Shown here piece by piece: positions 11,684 through 24,967 of a DNA stretch of 64,000 nt. The DNA comes from Craspedostauros australis. Its lineage: Eukaryota. Made by a program: the position numbers and the translations under genes. The stretch's first letter is position 1; the number at the start of each line of letters is the position of its first letter. A model generated the notes under the pieces. It worked only from the letters and a program-made list of their open reading frames with translations, ran no database searches and had not been told where the DNA came from. Location: assembly GCA_030167865.1 (NCBI GenBank), contig JALAGF010003692.1, forward strand, positions 1 through 64,000, given 5' to 3'.

Positions 11684-12959
11684 AGTAAGAGACGTGGAAG
11701 GCTATCACGCGAATGGATCAATCATACCATGCATACATGCATGCATGCACGCACGTGTGCACGAAGGCAAATCCAATTCATCAAGCCTCTTCTTTCCTCT
11801 TAACCCAACAACGCGACGCAGCGCAGCGCATCCATCACAACACCACACAAACCAAAGATGGCGTCGGCACATGTCGATGATCACACTTCGTCCTTCTTTC
11901 AGCTGTCAGCTCTCAACTCTCTCTCCTCTTGAATGAATTCGATGACGACATTAGGAAGCAGCAGCATATCAACTGCGCTGGCCATAATCGTGTATGGCCA
12001 TACGAATACACCATCCGGGTGTGTGCATAGGTCGCAATGTGCATGGTGTGCATTTGTTGATACCATGCCGATGGCACAATGCACATCATGTCGCGACCCA
12101 ACATCCAAATACCAAATCCAATCAATGCATCAATGCGCGAGCAGGAAGACCACTCTCCTCGTACACCTTCACATCATGCATTTGATGCAATAATCCTCAT
12201 GAACGCGCGCGAACCTACCAGGCAGCGCTGCGTACCGACGACTATCTTCTCTCTCTCTCTCTCACACACACGCACAACACACAATTTGAACGTTCGGTGT
12301 ACATCATCCACAACGATGATGAATACGCTCCAAAGAGAAAAGATACATTGTAGCATTAGTCACAAACATTAGTCACACCCGAATAAACCGAATCGAACAT
12401 GTGTTGTGCGCTCTCATGTTGTGCAGCGATCATTGCAATGCGATGCAAAGACAGACACATTCATGACGCGTGATGGGAGTGAACCAAGTCGTCTTGGAAT
12501 GACAACAACAAGCACGAGAGGGCATGGGACGCGTCCCTGCTATCAGCCGATGCAGTTTGAGAACGTTAAACTTGATCTACTCTATCACTTCTTACGTTCG
12601 TTGTTACGCACACGTCTGTAGTTTTCGGACCCTGTGGTGGCATTGCATTTCGCGTTGCAGAGCATGTTATACCTTCTATTGCTGACGGCTGAAGGAAGAC
12701 AGCTGACGGCTGACGAGTGAGTGTTGCGAAGGGGTCGTTGTGCGTCCGGGCAAACACACGCATGCCCATCGACACCCTCTCTCTCCTCCTTCTCCATAAC
12801 ACGATCATCATGATGGAGTACTGGTAGTGCATACTCTCGTAATGGTCGTCAGGTTCTTCCCACGTCGGACGTCTACAGGCGCAGCGGCATGCTCAGCGGG
12901 CGGTTGATTGTTGCTGTTATCGCTGCATCCAATCAAACACGATCCATCTGTTTCTTGGA

Positions 12960-14970
12960 TCAATGCTGTTCATGATGGTGGTGCTGTTGTTGCTGTTGTT
13001 GTTGCTGTTGCTGCTCCTGGTACATTTGATGTTGGAATCCCAATTGCATTTCGAATTGCTGGCGCATGGCAAGCTGGTGTTGATGTTGTTGATGCTGCTG
13101 CGTGGGCGTTGGCACGTACATTCCCTGGTGTGCCTGCTGTTGTCCACCCATCTGAGCATGCTGCGGATGCTGCCCGCCGGGGCCGTTGGGGTTGACCGCT
13201 TGCGCATGGGCGCGGGCTTGTGCCTGAGCTTGAGCATGCGCGTGGACGGCGGATTGGAGCGGGTTGAATGCAAACATGAAGGGCGCTGGCGCCGCTGAAT
13301 CCATGCCACCGAGGATGTTGGGGGAGCCGAAACCGTGCATCATCTGATGGAACGCTGACGGTTGTGGGATGGGGGGACCGCCGATGACGCCGACCGAATA
13401 CGGCAGCACGACGTTGTTGGCAGTCGCGTTTGTTCGTTGCGACGAGTTGGAGGTGCTCGCCTCGTCTCCGCCTCCTCCACCCACGATACTGCCACCATCT
13501 CTGTCACCCATATGGCCGTGCCGCATCTGATGCATCTGACCATGGCCGTGTCCGTGTCCGTGGCCACGACCGGATTTGTGTTTGCGCCCACCGCCATGCT
13601 TCAGACCATGGCCACCGCGACCGCCGCCACCTCCCGCGGGCTTGATACGCCCTTGGAATCTGTCCTCCTCCCGTCTACCGCCTCTTCTGCCGCCCCTGCC
13701 ACCAGGCCCTGGCACGGCGAGTCGCAAGGCGGATGACTGCTGACCCTGGCCATCCGCGGTCATGTGGTATGGATCATTCGCATCAGGCAGCAGCTGCTGA
13801 TTGGGAGGTTGCTTGCGCACGACAGCGACGAGATTGAGCTTCGAGTAATCACGATCGAAGTTCATGGTCGAGGGTGGGATGGGGGTGCTGGTTATGCCGT
13901 CGGGGAACGCCCTCATCTTGCCCCATTTGGTGACAGCCAGCCGAATGAATTTGCCTCTGAATAGCTCGATGGTGCAGTTGCGAATGACAACGGCGCCCGA
14001 TCTGGACGCGACCTCCTCCAATAGCTCAATCTGTCCGTCTCGCGCTCGCAGCGACGCGATTCCGGTTTCGTCACCAATCTGCACTTCGGCGAGTTTGATG
14101 CGCGTGCCATCGACGCGTGCTTTGTCCGCCACAATGTTCATGCTTCCCACCTTGCTGTTACGCAATGTTGTAATGGAGCAGAGTAGGTATGGTTGTTTGC
14201 CCGGACAGAATGAACCACACGACCAGTCCGAAAAAGGATAGATGATTAGGAAGAAGAGGAACCCAGATGGTTGTTGTATGGGGTAATGTAAAGCATGGTG
14301 CAATCGTTTGTGATGGAGCAGAGGAGAGCCAAGTGTGAGGGTGGCACTGACACGGGCACTGAGATGAGACCTCTGGATGATGCACGAAGATGAAATGCAG
14401 CAAAGACGGGGCGAAAAACGAGAAGCAAGCGACATTATGAGAGCCGCCTGCAAAGGAGACGCACAAGGGTGGCACTTACACGCAGAGATTGAAACCTTGT
14501 GATGGCGGTCGCAGTCGTTTTATCCGCGGCGCATGGGCTTTGTCGTGATCACGCTCGTTGCCATGCTCGTTGTTGTGATCACGGTTGGTGTTGTTATTGT
14601 CATTGTCATTGCCAGTGTCATTGTTGCTGTCATTGGTGTTGCCAGGACCGTCCAGTTCGGCCTCCGCCGATCCCACCGCAGGGGAGTTCTTGATCTGCTC
14701 ACCAGCACTGCCGACGCTGGCGTTTCCATCCGCGGCATCCTGAATGGCTTTGACCCTCTTCCATTCCTTGTCCAACCTGGCATTGTCGATGTTGTAGACC
14801 GCCACGAGATCAGCAATGCGCACGTAGGTCGCTCTGCGCAGGAGGGTGCCCTGTGATTCGTGATCGACGTTGACGCTGATGTTGACGCTTTCGATCGGCA
14901 CCGGCGAGTCGCTGCCACCGGTGCCGCGGGATCCCGACGAGACGGAGCTTGCGGCCATTGCCATTGCCAT
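12960..14970 (-). CDS. OB-fold nucleic-acid-binding protein (SSB/RPA-like OB domain) with RGG-, His- and Gln-rich C-terminal tail, 2 exons, ~561 aa
   Basis: Exons 14970-14480 and 14154-12960, intron GTAAGT...TAACAG (14479-14155). The join gives IKRLRPPSQGFNLCV|KVGSMNIV...KLAEVQIGDETGIASLRARDGQIELL...VVIRNCTIELFRGKFIRLAVTKWGKM, the GDETG-type OB-fold pattern. Confidence 0.82.
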
Positions 14971-17776
14971 GGTTGTGCCTTCTTGCTTGGTCGATTGGTT
15001 GGTTGACTGTTTGGCAAGTTGGCTGATTGACTGATTGATGGATGTGCGACCAATGCGCTCCTCTGCGTATTTATGAGAACCACCAGGAGCGCCAAGTCGT
15101 TGTTGCAACTGCCCAAGATGAGGCTTCCGGGTCAACACAAGCACGAGGACACACACAGATACACACAGACACACACAGATACACAGATACGACTACACCG
15201 CCACACACGAGTGCCAAGACACCACAGGAGCTCTCCACCCGCCTCTTGATGTGTGGGGACGTGAGTGTGACGTGATGTGACGTGCTGTGTGTGGTGCTCT
15301 TGTATTGTTGGTTGGATAGCGGATGGCGCAATGAAGACAGAGGAATAGGTACTTGTTGCGAGGTGCGATAGATCGTCGGTCGTACTACTATGAGTAAGGA
15401 TCCAAGCGTCACTCTTTGTACATCAACAGCCATGGCTGATGTGGCCTTCGTCAAATGAGGATTGGTTCTGTGGGCACGGGAGAAGAGGGCCGTTGGATTT
15501 GAGCTTCAACAGAGATAACACCCGTGTCGCTGGACCCGGAGACACGGTGGTGAGCGAACAACAACAAAAACAACAACAACAACAACACGCAGTGTGCCGT
15601 TGGCAGACAGCCACACATAACGCATCCGTGTCTCATCAGCGTCTTGGTGCACAAAATCTGGTTCACATTTCTCCTCCACCAAAAAAGAGGATGAATTGGA
15701 AATTCGCCATCTCTCCTCCTTTCTTCACTCTTCCTTTCTTGTGTCCTTTCTCGGTTTGTTTGAGACATGGAGGCAAACATCAATCCGACATCGAACTGCC
15801 TCCGACGACACCGAAAACTACAGGGAAACCATCATTGGCAGATGGCATGTGTCAAGGCAGTGGCGTGCTTCCAGAACAGCGTCAAGAACTTTGGCTTGTA
15901 TCAATGGCCAAACCCCTTTTGTCATCGTCACATGGCGATGACCGCTGTTGCTGTCGTCATCGTCATCGCCATCGTCGTCGTTGTGGCCATCATCGCGGTC
16001 GGCATCACCTCCACTTTCCTTTGTGCTGCCGTTTTGCGTGTGGAGGTCGCGAACTGTGAATCATGTGGACCCACCATGAACAACGATGGCATCCTCTGAT
16101 GCTTTCTTGCTCTTGCAGAGAAACGGACAGCGAAAGAGGATTGCCATTGCCATTGCCGACAAGCTTGCACAGAGACACACGCAAAGAGAGGATGGGACAG
16201 CACAGCTCTCCCCAATGCCTCCGCAACTTGCCGCACGTCATCCAGAACACCTCCAAATGTGAGGGGACGTCAGATTCGCGAGTGTTCGATTGTTCGTCCT
16301 CTCTTGTTTGTTCTTGGAATCAAGCGAAACAAGGAACACAAACAAGCGAAGTGAGGAGAGACGACCGTTGCCTCCCGCGCGCTGCAGCAGCGCTTTGGGC
16401 AACTCCGCAAACGTCGCCTGTTGACCCGTTACACGACTCGCCGGTTCGTGGGAAAGAATGAGTCTCAACTTTTGTCAACCCAGAAAAAGAAGCGAAGGTG
16501 TCGATGGGATGCGAACGGCTGTATTCGGAACCCTTATTTTGCTTATGAATGATGAAACACGGTGTTGAAGTCGTTAAGTAAGATAACTGTTCGATTGAAT
16601 CGCCCCAAGACAGCTGCGTGTCATCTGGGACTTCGCGGTGTTCCTCCTATCCCATTGGTGGACCTGAAAAAGCCATTCTTCGTTGCTGACAATGCGAGCA
16701 TTGCTGTCTAACGCTGGGGAGAAAATACGAACCTCGCGCTGACCAACAGAAGACAGTGACTCCGCGTCCTGCGCGCAGGCTTGTGTACCTGCCGACTACT
16801 GCCAAGACACCACCAGCATCGCTGTCTGTCTGTGTGCCTCCCTTGCGTGTCTGTGCCCGAGGAGCGACAGGCACGAGCTCCGCGTGTCTCTTGCGTGTGT
16901 GAACGGTTTGCACGCTGGTTTCAGCATCTGCTCTCTTTTGGCTTTGCCTTCTTTTTGTTGTGTGTGGTGTGTGGTGCGGCGTTTGCGTTTGCGTTGCGCG
17001 GTGTCGGTTGTTGTGTGGTGTTCCTTGTTGGAGCGTCTCTCTTCTGCTGCTTTGCTCCTCTTTTTGCGCCTTCCTTGTTGATGTGCTCAGTTGTTTTGCA
17101 AGGTAAGGATGACCATGGCCAAGAGGCCGTTTGCGAACGTCGGTTTCGCCGTCGCTGCGCTGTACGCATCGTCTCCATGACAGCGATACGCAGAGTATAC
17201 CGACTCGCAACGATCAAGATGATGTCCCCCGTTCCTTTCGTGACGTCTCGTCCTGTGGAGGGGGTGCTTGCTCTGACACTACGAATGGCAACACAGAGAC
17301 CAAGAAAAGCGCCAAATGCAACGGCGGACGCCTCCATCACGCGTTTGCGTGTTGTCTTGCTCTGTCTTGGTGCTCGTTCCATTCTGCTCTCGAACCCCGC
17401 TACTCCATAGCAACAGAGCGCATCAACTAACACATACAAATGCCTCTGGCTCACTCATGCACCGTGCATCATACCATCCTGGGACGCTCCATCCATCGCT
17501 CCTCGACAAACCGAAACCTTCCACCACAACAACGGCAAACAGAGTTACACATCCACACAGACGAACGAGAAGCACACAATTTGACGGACAGAGACCCACC
17601 AACCAACGCAACCAACACAACGCAACCAGCCAACCAACGAACACAACAGCGATCGCAAGAACAAACCACACAACAAGAACCCCATCACTACCAACTTCTT
17701 GCGCCATCCAAACCAATCAACAAACAATCAAGCAACTGACCAATCGCGAGTTCATTCAATCCCCATCCATTCCAAC

Positions 17777-20045
17777 ATGTCAACCGCCAACCACCCAACC
17801 GCACTGGAGCCCAACCTCGCCACCACCGCAGCCGCCTCCGCTGTCTCTGTCCCCATCACCACCATCAGCTCTTCCGTTCCCAACCCTGTGGCCAATGTCA
17901 CTCTCGCCGCACCCGCTGCTGCTGTGCCGCCCGCATCTCCCAAAGCCATCGTTCACAAGACGACCGCGATGGGAATGCCAACTCATTTGGCGCCAGCAGC
18001 AGCCTCAGCAGCTCACCCGCAGACCGCCATGCTGAGGACCCCGCAACTCCAAGCTGCCCAAGCCGTGGCTGTCGTCCCAGCCGCGATGCAACCACCCACG
18101 CCCACCAATACCAAAACCACGACCACCAAATCCAAGAGCAAGAAAAAGAAGTCTTCACCAACGGTCACCATGGCCACCGCCGCCTCCGCGCAGAACTCTG
18201 GTCAGGGTTCTCAAGGAGAAAACACCGGAAGGTGGACCGCTGACGAGCACCGCCTCTTCTTGCAGGGTCTGGACAAGTACGGCAAGGGTTGGAAGAAGAT
18301 TGCCTGCCTCATCAAGTCCAGGACCGTCGTGCAAATCCGCACGCACGCCCAGAAGTACTTCCAGAAGCTCGCCAAGGCACGGCAGAACGGGGAGGAGGGA
18401 GACGTCGCCATGGACGCGCGAGGAGGCGCAGCGGTTCCCATCGTCAACGCATCAACCGCCCAAACCACGAAGAGACGCCGCCAAACATCTGGAACGAAGC
18501 GCAAGGCGATCCAGTCGGTCGTCTCGTCCGCCCACCGTCAAGGAAAGCGGGCCATGGCGGAGCAGTCATCACGCGGCATCCAGAATCCCACCGCACCACT
18601 CCCAGCTGTTGCTCCAGCGCTGTCACCATTCGTGCTCTCACCATCCGGGGCCCATCCCGCGCACGCCGCCACCATCAGCGCGCCGTGCGTCCCGTCCATC
18701 ACGACCGCTCAAGGCACGATCTCCGGACCTGCCTTGGAGGATTCCCTGTACGTACCATACTTCTTGTTTCTTGTTCTGCTGCTTTGTTCTTTTTTGTTCT
18801 TTCCTGTGGTGGGGTTCCTGCACAATCCACGATGCGTCACATACATTCTTTCTCTTGTGGGGTCTCCAGCCATCGTTCCTTGCATCATCGTGTGTGAGGC
18901 TCGTTCAAGTTAACAAGCATGCACGCATTCATGCATGGACACCTACACACATCTGCAATCACATCCTCACTAACGCAATGACGCATTCACTCCATCTTGT
19001 CATCACGTCGGGCGAACTCTACCGGACATTCTTCGCTTGCTCCTTGTCTTCTTGACCATCGTTGATTTGATGATCGCATCCGAACACAACACCTCACGGA
19101 TGCTGGCATCGAACTGGCATTCAAACTCATGCTTGGTCCACTCTTCGCAGTTTCCGTTTCTTGACTCCAATGCCACCAGTTCCCATGGAGCCACAGGTCA
19201 GCGATGTTGCGAGACAGGCTGGTGCTAACCCCATCACGTTGCCATCGGACCATCCAACGCCATCCCCATCCACCATGGGAGGCGAAGTGTCCCCAACCGG
19301 TGTCACCGAGCTTGCGATGTACACATCCTGGACGGATGCCAAGGACACACCATCTTGGTACGCGAAGGGTTCCGATGTAGATGATCTTCTCGACGTTGCC
19401 GGATCACTGGATTGGTTGACTGACACAGGCGACATCCACGAGACCTACCAGCCCGCACCGGTCCCTGCGCCCGTGCCCGTCCCGCCGTCACCAGCTCGGC
19501 ACCAGCATCATCAGCTCCCAACCCCGGCAGTGTCAGCACCGCCTTCTGTCCCAACGCCACTCCCACCACAAGTTCAGCCAGAGTATTCCCATGCGCCAGC
19601 CCCAACCGCGGTTGGGCATATGCACATTGCGGGCCATGCGGCACCGACCCATGCTCCTGCCCCGTCGCCGATCCAAACCCAAAGTTCGTTCTCAGCCGGC
19701 GCACCACTCGATGGCGTCGAGTCGCGAATCCAGCCAGCAGTGGTCAGCAGCGCCTCGCACACCAACCTCGAACCATCGACGTCCACAAACAACCTGCAAC
19801 TGGGCACGTTGGAAGCAGCCGCGCCTGGTGGCGACGTTGTGGTGCCCCCACTGCCATCCCTCTTTGAAGATGATGGCGTTTCGGAATTCGCAGATGCAGC
19901 GAAGCTTGGCCTCCCCACGTCTGCCAGCGCCACTTCCATCGATGAACACCTGCGCGTCTTCGACAGCCCAATGGAGGAGCAGGACTTCGTGTCAACTCTC
20001 CTGGACACGAACGAAAGCACCTCCACTCTGCCAGGCCTCGAATAG
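17777..20045 (+). CDS. Single-repeat MYB transcription factor, SHAQKYF class, 2 exons, ~621 aa
   Basis: MYB domain [48 protein letters not shown]. Exons 17777-18747 and 19151-20045, intron GTACGT...CGCAG, join EDSL|FRFLTP. Pro-rich acidic C-terminus. Confidence 0.92.
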
Positions 20046-21624
20046 GGCGCCTGCTGTCATCGTTCAATTCGTTTCACCCAGAGCCTCTTGCGCCAATTGA
20101 GACGCACGACCTTGTCAAGCGGTCAAGAAGCAACAGCCTACAACGACATCAGCAACAAGTAGCATCAGAAAAAACAAACAAAAAGAAACACGACCAACAC
20201 ATCAGCACGACCATGAACATGAACATGAGCGTCGGCAACGCAAGGAGTTGCGAACGTCGTCCACGCACAACGAACATTTGCCTGCGTAGCAGGCGGCCAT
20301 GCACCGATCGCTGAATACTCGGCTTTCAGTATTCAGCACTCCTCTACTCCACTTCACTATATTCTCTGTTCCATACTTTCATACATCGATTAACATTACG
20401 TATACATGGAATACCAATTAGTACAACTGCTCCACTACATTCTCCTCTGGAATACTTGACCCTCGCTCGCAGCTTGGGCTGCAGCTGCGCAGTTCTGCGC
20501 GTTCAACACTGCGCTTCTCTTCGTTCTCGTGGTGTTGCCTCGTGATCTGCCGTAACGTGGACAGCGCAGATAACACGAGCGTGTCCGCTTCCGTTGTGAA
20601 TTTGGCGTATGTGGACTGGACAATTCACCAGCAACAGTGTGACATCGCATGCCATGTGGTTTGTGAGTCTGGCTTGACGTTGTGCTGATTTAGACGAATG
20701 TGATTGGTTCATGCGTACTGTCTGACTCGTGCGGGACACGAATCAACGACGCCAGCCGGGCAAGCTCCATCCAACAAATGGGAGGCGCATCTCTGGATGG
20801 TGATGGGTGCATTTTGAAATTCGAACTGAAATTTGTCGACGATGACCACGCGATGATGCAGTTGCAGCTGCACGGAGAACCCAGAAGGAGCATACTATAG
20901 TCGCCAGGAGAGAGGAGGGGTCCATCCACCAAGCGAGTGCATTACTGCACCATACTCTACTATTACTGCACACAACATCGGCATCTTCCGTCGTGCCGAC
21001 CCACGCGTCCATCAAGTGATTGATTGACATCTCCAAGCACCCTTACTTATCTGCATGGTGGAGTGTCCAGGCTCTGTTTGGCATTTCATCCAAAAGGCAA
21101 CGATTTTCCGAGAGGGGCAGAGTTTGGGAACCGTTGATGGCGGTGAAGCTGAAAGCGCCAAAAGGGTCATCTCAAGGAGGTGAAGAAGCGCCAGAACTTC
21201 TCTCTCTCTTTCCTTGGATCCGGTTCGGTTTGGTTCTGTTGTGTTTCGCATTGCAGAGAAACGGGAGAAGAGACCACAAGACACATTTGGAGAAACGTGA
21301 GAAGAAAGGCGTCAGCACTCCATCGATCAAGTTGCAGGCGCTGAACTGGGCGAGTGCAGACACATCACGAATCATCACAAATCGCCACCGCTCTCTGAAA
21401 GCAACATCTTCCGCAGTTGACCAAACAAAGGCATCCGTCATTTGGGGTTTCGGTCTGATCAAGTTGATTGACTGCATTGCTCTGCTCGGTACATATAATC
21501 GGACGAGTGCACTGCGACTTATTGGTACTCGCACCGATACTCTGCCACCGCAACGAGTCCTCTGACTAGTGTTGTGCCGCCATCGATCGACCAGCCCCAA
21601 CAACGGCAGCGAATCAACGGCAGG

Positions 21625-24303
21625 ATGCCATCCAAACGCGGGGTCTTCAGAAGGTCTTCTCGCGGACACATCACCGCCACGGATGGTGGTGGCGGCGATG
21701 TCGGTACTGTTGACGTTGACGTTGACGTTGACAACAGCAACACCAGCGATGCCAAACTGACCAAGCGAAAGACATCCAAGTGGCTGTCGGGCCTATCGCC
21801 GAGCAAACGACGGCAGCAAAAGCCATCAGACAATGACATTGCTGAACGCAAAGACGCCAAGGATCCACAGAACCAGGCAGAGCAGAACCCGCATGGACCG
21901 GATGCTGTCGTTGCCGTGGCTTCTGCGTCGAAGCAGGATGGAGAGCCACGCGCAGGTGAACGATGTGCGGAATCTGGAAACAGCAAGTTGGACGGCACAC
22001 ACACGCCAACTTCTCAGGATTCGTCACCCATCGCACCCGTCAATGTCATCAACCTCACTCCCTTCGAATACAGCAGCAACGATGAAGGCCCCCATTGGAC
22101 GGCAGCAGCTCAAACCATGCACTGTCTGCCAAACAGCCCGAGTACCTGCGATGGAATCGTATTTGAAGATAGGACGGACGAGAGTCTGAGTCGTTCTTCT
22201 CGCCGTTTCACGAATCATATCAGCGATTCTGATGACAGTCCCAACCGTGATAAGTTCGGCGATTTGCAACACCGGCAGCAACAGCAGCAACAGCAAGATC
22301 TAAATCTGCCAGATTTTCAGAGTCAAGACAGAGATCGAACCACAGTTCAAGAGGTGGCCACCGAAGAACGAGATACTTGTGTTCACGGCAATATTGGAGC
22401 CGGATTCGCTTCATTCCTGCATATATCTCCATCTCCATCCAAGCCACAGGACCGAACTGCGGCACAAACATCGCCCACCATTCGCATGGCCACCAGCACA
22501 ACCATGACGGCAGACACATCGACCGTCGAACTGGCCGATGGTGAAATCTTGTTGATTGAGCCATCACCTACAAAGGCGACTGGAGATAGCAAGAACAACA
22601 ACAGCAACAGCTACGCAGCAGGAGACGTTGGAAAGAAGTTGCTGCTCAACGAGAATCACACAATTCATGTGGACCTTGTGGCAAAAGATGAGCAGGAAGA
22701 CGTGCAAGGCAACAGCAGAGAATGCCGCACCGATGACAACACGAGCGACGACGATGGCTTTGGGGGAGTATCGGTGGTCACTGATGATGGGGTTGTATTG
22801 CCGGAAGACAACAGTAACATACGCACGGTCAACGTCAGCACTGATGGAGCAGAGTACAATGCAAGAAGCAATCCGAAAGGAAACTTCCTTGCCCTTCCGC
22901 ACAAGGCTGCCCTTGGCAGTCCCGTGCTCGGGAGCGACAGAACTCACGAGAACTCCTTCGCCGACGCCTCCAAGGACACGGGCACAGACCCACAACCGTT
23001 ACATCCCAGACCCGCAGTTCCTCGCGCAATCGATCAAAGCAGGAACAGAGCTCCCGAAGGCACCTCAAATGGCAACAATGACGGCGATGCTCATCCTAGT
23101 GGCGAGAACGGGGCAACCGCTGATCGACCAACCCTGCTGAAGACGACAACGACGACCGAAAGACGGGCATCAAACAACCACCAAAATGAGACAAGCAGCG
23201 AACGGCAACAGTATTCGCTTGATCCCTTGTCGCAAACAGCCGGGAACATTCGCGATGCAAGACTGTACAAAATCCCAACGGAGATCATTACCATCATCGA
23301 CCATCCTGACGGAGAAGACAAGCAAAAGACTCCAAAATCGAAGGGTGCATCAGACAAAGCAAAGGAAGTTGCCAAAAGCACGAGGAATGCCGATCTCAAG
23401 GCATTCCCCAGCCAGCATTCCAGGGGCAGCAGCAACAACTCTACACAAGACAATCTCGCAGAAGAGCTCCAAAAGCGTCTTCACCACGCTGACATGCTCA
23501 TTCAGGCCTACCGCGAGAAGCTGGAGCAGTCGGAGAACGCTGTCGGCTCTCTGAACAAGGACATGCAACTCGCCCGGAAGAGCATCCACCACATCGCCCG
23601 CCGCAACAAGAGCCTGCACAAGAGGTGGAAACGATCACTGCAGTCGCTTCAAAAATCGAAGCTCCAAACACGCAGCGCGGACACCAGGGCGGCAAGAAAC
23701 GAACGGAAGCGGCTGGGCCGCGCCTTTGTGGTGATCGCACCTGTGTTCCTTATCGTTGGAGGGTTCGTGTATGTTGCCATTGCGGCGTGCCTTGTCTTCG
23801 CTCTGCTTCAAGCTGACAGCATATTCTACCCTCCAGAATTGTCATCATCATCATCATCGTCGTCGTCGCCGCTGCGGCAGGATTTACTCTCCTTCTTCTT
23901 CTCAACACCAACGGTTCAGCCAGAATCACCAAGCAACGAGAGCAAAGGCAACGTGAGTGCATCTGCATCTCCAATGTCTGCAGAGAACATTGGCAAGGAC
24001 AAGGCCCGTGATGCTGGCAACTACGGAAGAGTCAAGAGCCAGAAGGGCAGCAGCGGGGAAGACACGGATGGCGCCAGCAATGAGAACGAGAATGAGGACG
24101 ACGCAGCCGAAGAGCACTATGACTGCGATGACATCTCCGCTGATGTGAACGACATGAATGATTCGACCATTGGCAAGCAGGTTCTCCAGCTCTTCCGCGA
24201 CGACGCCATCCAGCCCAACGAAGCTGCAGGGATCCTGAAGAGCAGCACGTTTGCGAATGGAGATGGCAGATCCGAAATCAAAGTCCCCGCCTACAACACA
24301 TAG
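21625..24303 (+). CDS. Hypothetical protein (~892 aa): disordered N-terminus, coiled coil, then hydrophobic membrane segment(s)
   Basis: 2.7-kb uninterrupted ORF, first ATG at 21625. Heptad-like stretch LAEELQKRL...LQSLQKSKL, then RAFVVIAPVFLIVGGFVYVAIAACLVFALL. Confidence 0.75.
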   Translation: MPSKRGVFRRSSRGHITATDGGGGDVGTVDVDVDVDNSNTSDAKLTKRKTSKWLSGLSPSKRRQQKPSDNDIAERKDAKDPQNQAEQNPHGPDAVVAVASASKQDGEPRAGERCAESGNSKLDGTHTPTSQDSSPIAPVNVINLTPFEYSSNDEGPHWTAAAQTMHCLPNSPSTCDGIVFEDRTDESLSRSSRRFTNHISDSDDSPNRDKFGDLQHRQQQQQQQDLNLPDFQSQDRDRTTVQEVATEERDTCVHGNIGAGFASFLHISPSPSKPQDRTAAQTSPTIRMATSTTMTADTSTVELADGEILLIEPSPTKATGDSKNNNSNSYAAGDVGKKLLLNENHTIHVDLVAKDEQEDVQGNSRECRTDDNTSDDDGFGGVSVVTDDGVVLPEDNSNIRTVNVSTDGAEYNARSNPKGNFLALPHKAALGSPVLGSDRTHENSFADASKDTGTDPQPLHPRPAVPRAIDQSRNRAPEGTSNGNNDGDAHPSGENGATADRPTLLKTTTTTERRASNNHQNETSSERQQYSLDPLSQTAGNIRDARLYKIPTEIITIIDHPDGEDKQKTPKSKGASDKAKEVAKSTRNADLKAFPSQHSRGSSNNSTQDNLAEELQKRLHHADMLIQAYREKLEQSENAVGSLNKDMQLARKSIHHIARRNKSLHKRWKRSLQSLQKSKLQTRSADTRAARNERKRLGRAFVVIAPVFLIVGGFVYVAIAACLVFALLQADSIFYPPELSSSSSSSSSPLRQDLLSFFFSTPTVQPESPSNESKGNVSASASPMSAENIGKDKARDAGNYGRVKSQKGSSGEDTDGASNENENEDDAAEEHYDCDDISADVNDMNDSTIGKQVLQLFRDDAIQPNEAAGILKSSTFANGDGRSEIKVPAYNT

Positions 24304-24967
24304 GCTGGTCTTTCCCGCTGAACGAATGGCTCCGATGCGTGTCGTGTCATGCCGTACCGTGTCTATCGATGTGAATGTGAATACGTGTGAATATGAATAT
24401 GCATAGGCGTGGATGCATGTAGGCGTGGATATGGATGTGGGCGCGGCTTTGTGCCTACTGTGGATATTGGCACAGTGGACGGAGGCACTTCAGTTATACT
24501 CAAGGTATGGTTGCATGTACTCGTACATGCGCCTCGGATGAACTTTAGAACATCTATGGCCTCTCAATCTATTATTATACATAATGATACAATACTTTCC
24601 AAATACCAAAGGTTTTGATGAAGAGTTGGAGGTATTCGTGAGCTACGAGGACGAGCTAGAGAGGGAAGCCGACTCATCGGACCAACGCACTTCCGATGTT
24701 TCTTGGATCTTTCGTTTGCGTGTGTGGATGGGTGTTGACAGGATCCGAATCCGAAACCACCCACGACCATCTCCATCCACATCTCCATCAACATCAACAG
24801 GAACAACACACAAACAACCGATCGCTTCTTTCTTGTGCATCAGAAAAAGCAGATTGGTCCAGTCGAGTGGTGCTCTTCCATCCATCCATACGCACTCTTA
24901 CTCGTGGTCTTCTCTGCTCTACTCCACTCTATACTCTGAATACAAGTGCATCGCTGTGCTGAACATC

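Noticed and set aside
15439-17454. Several 100-240-aa ORFs between the OB-fold and MYB genes
   Set aside because: They have low complexity, no codon bias or motifs, and conflicting overlapping frames. Most likely promoter or UTR sequence.
24584-24967. 128-aa upstream extension of the DUF89 ORF from ATG 24584
   Set aside because: It looks like UTR or promoter sequence with poor codon bias, and a signal-peptide-like segment follows ATG 24968. It is not formally excluded.
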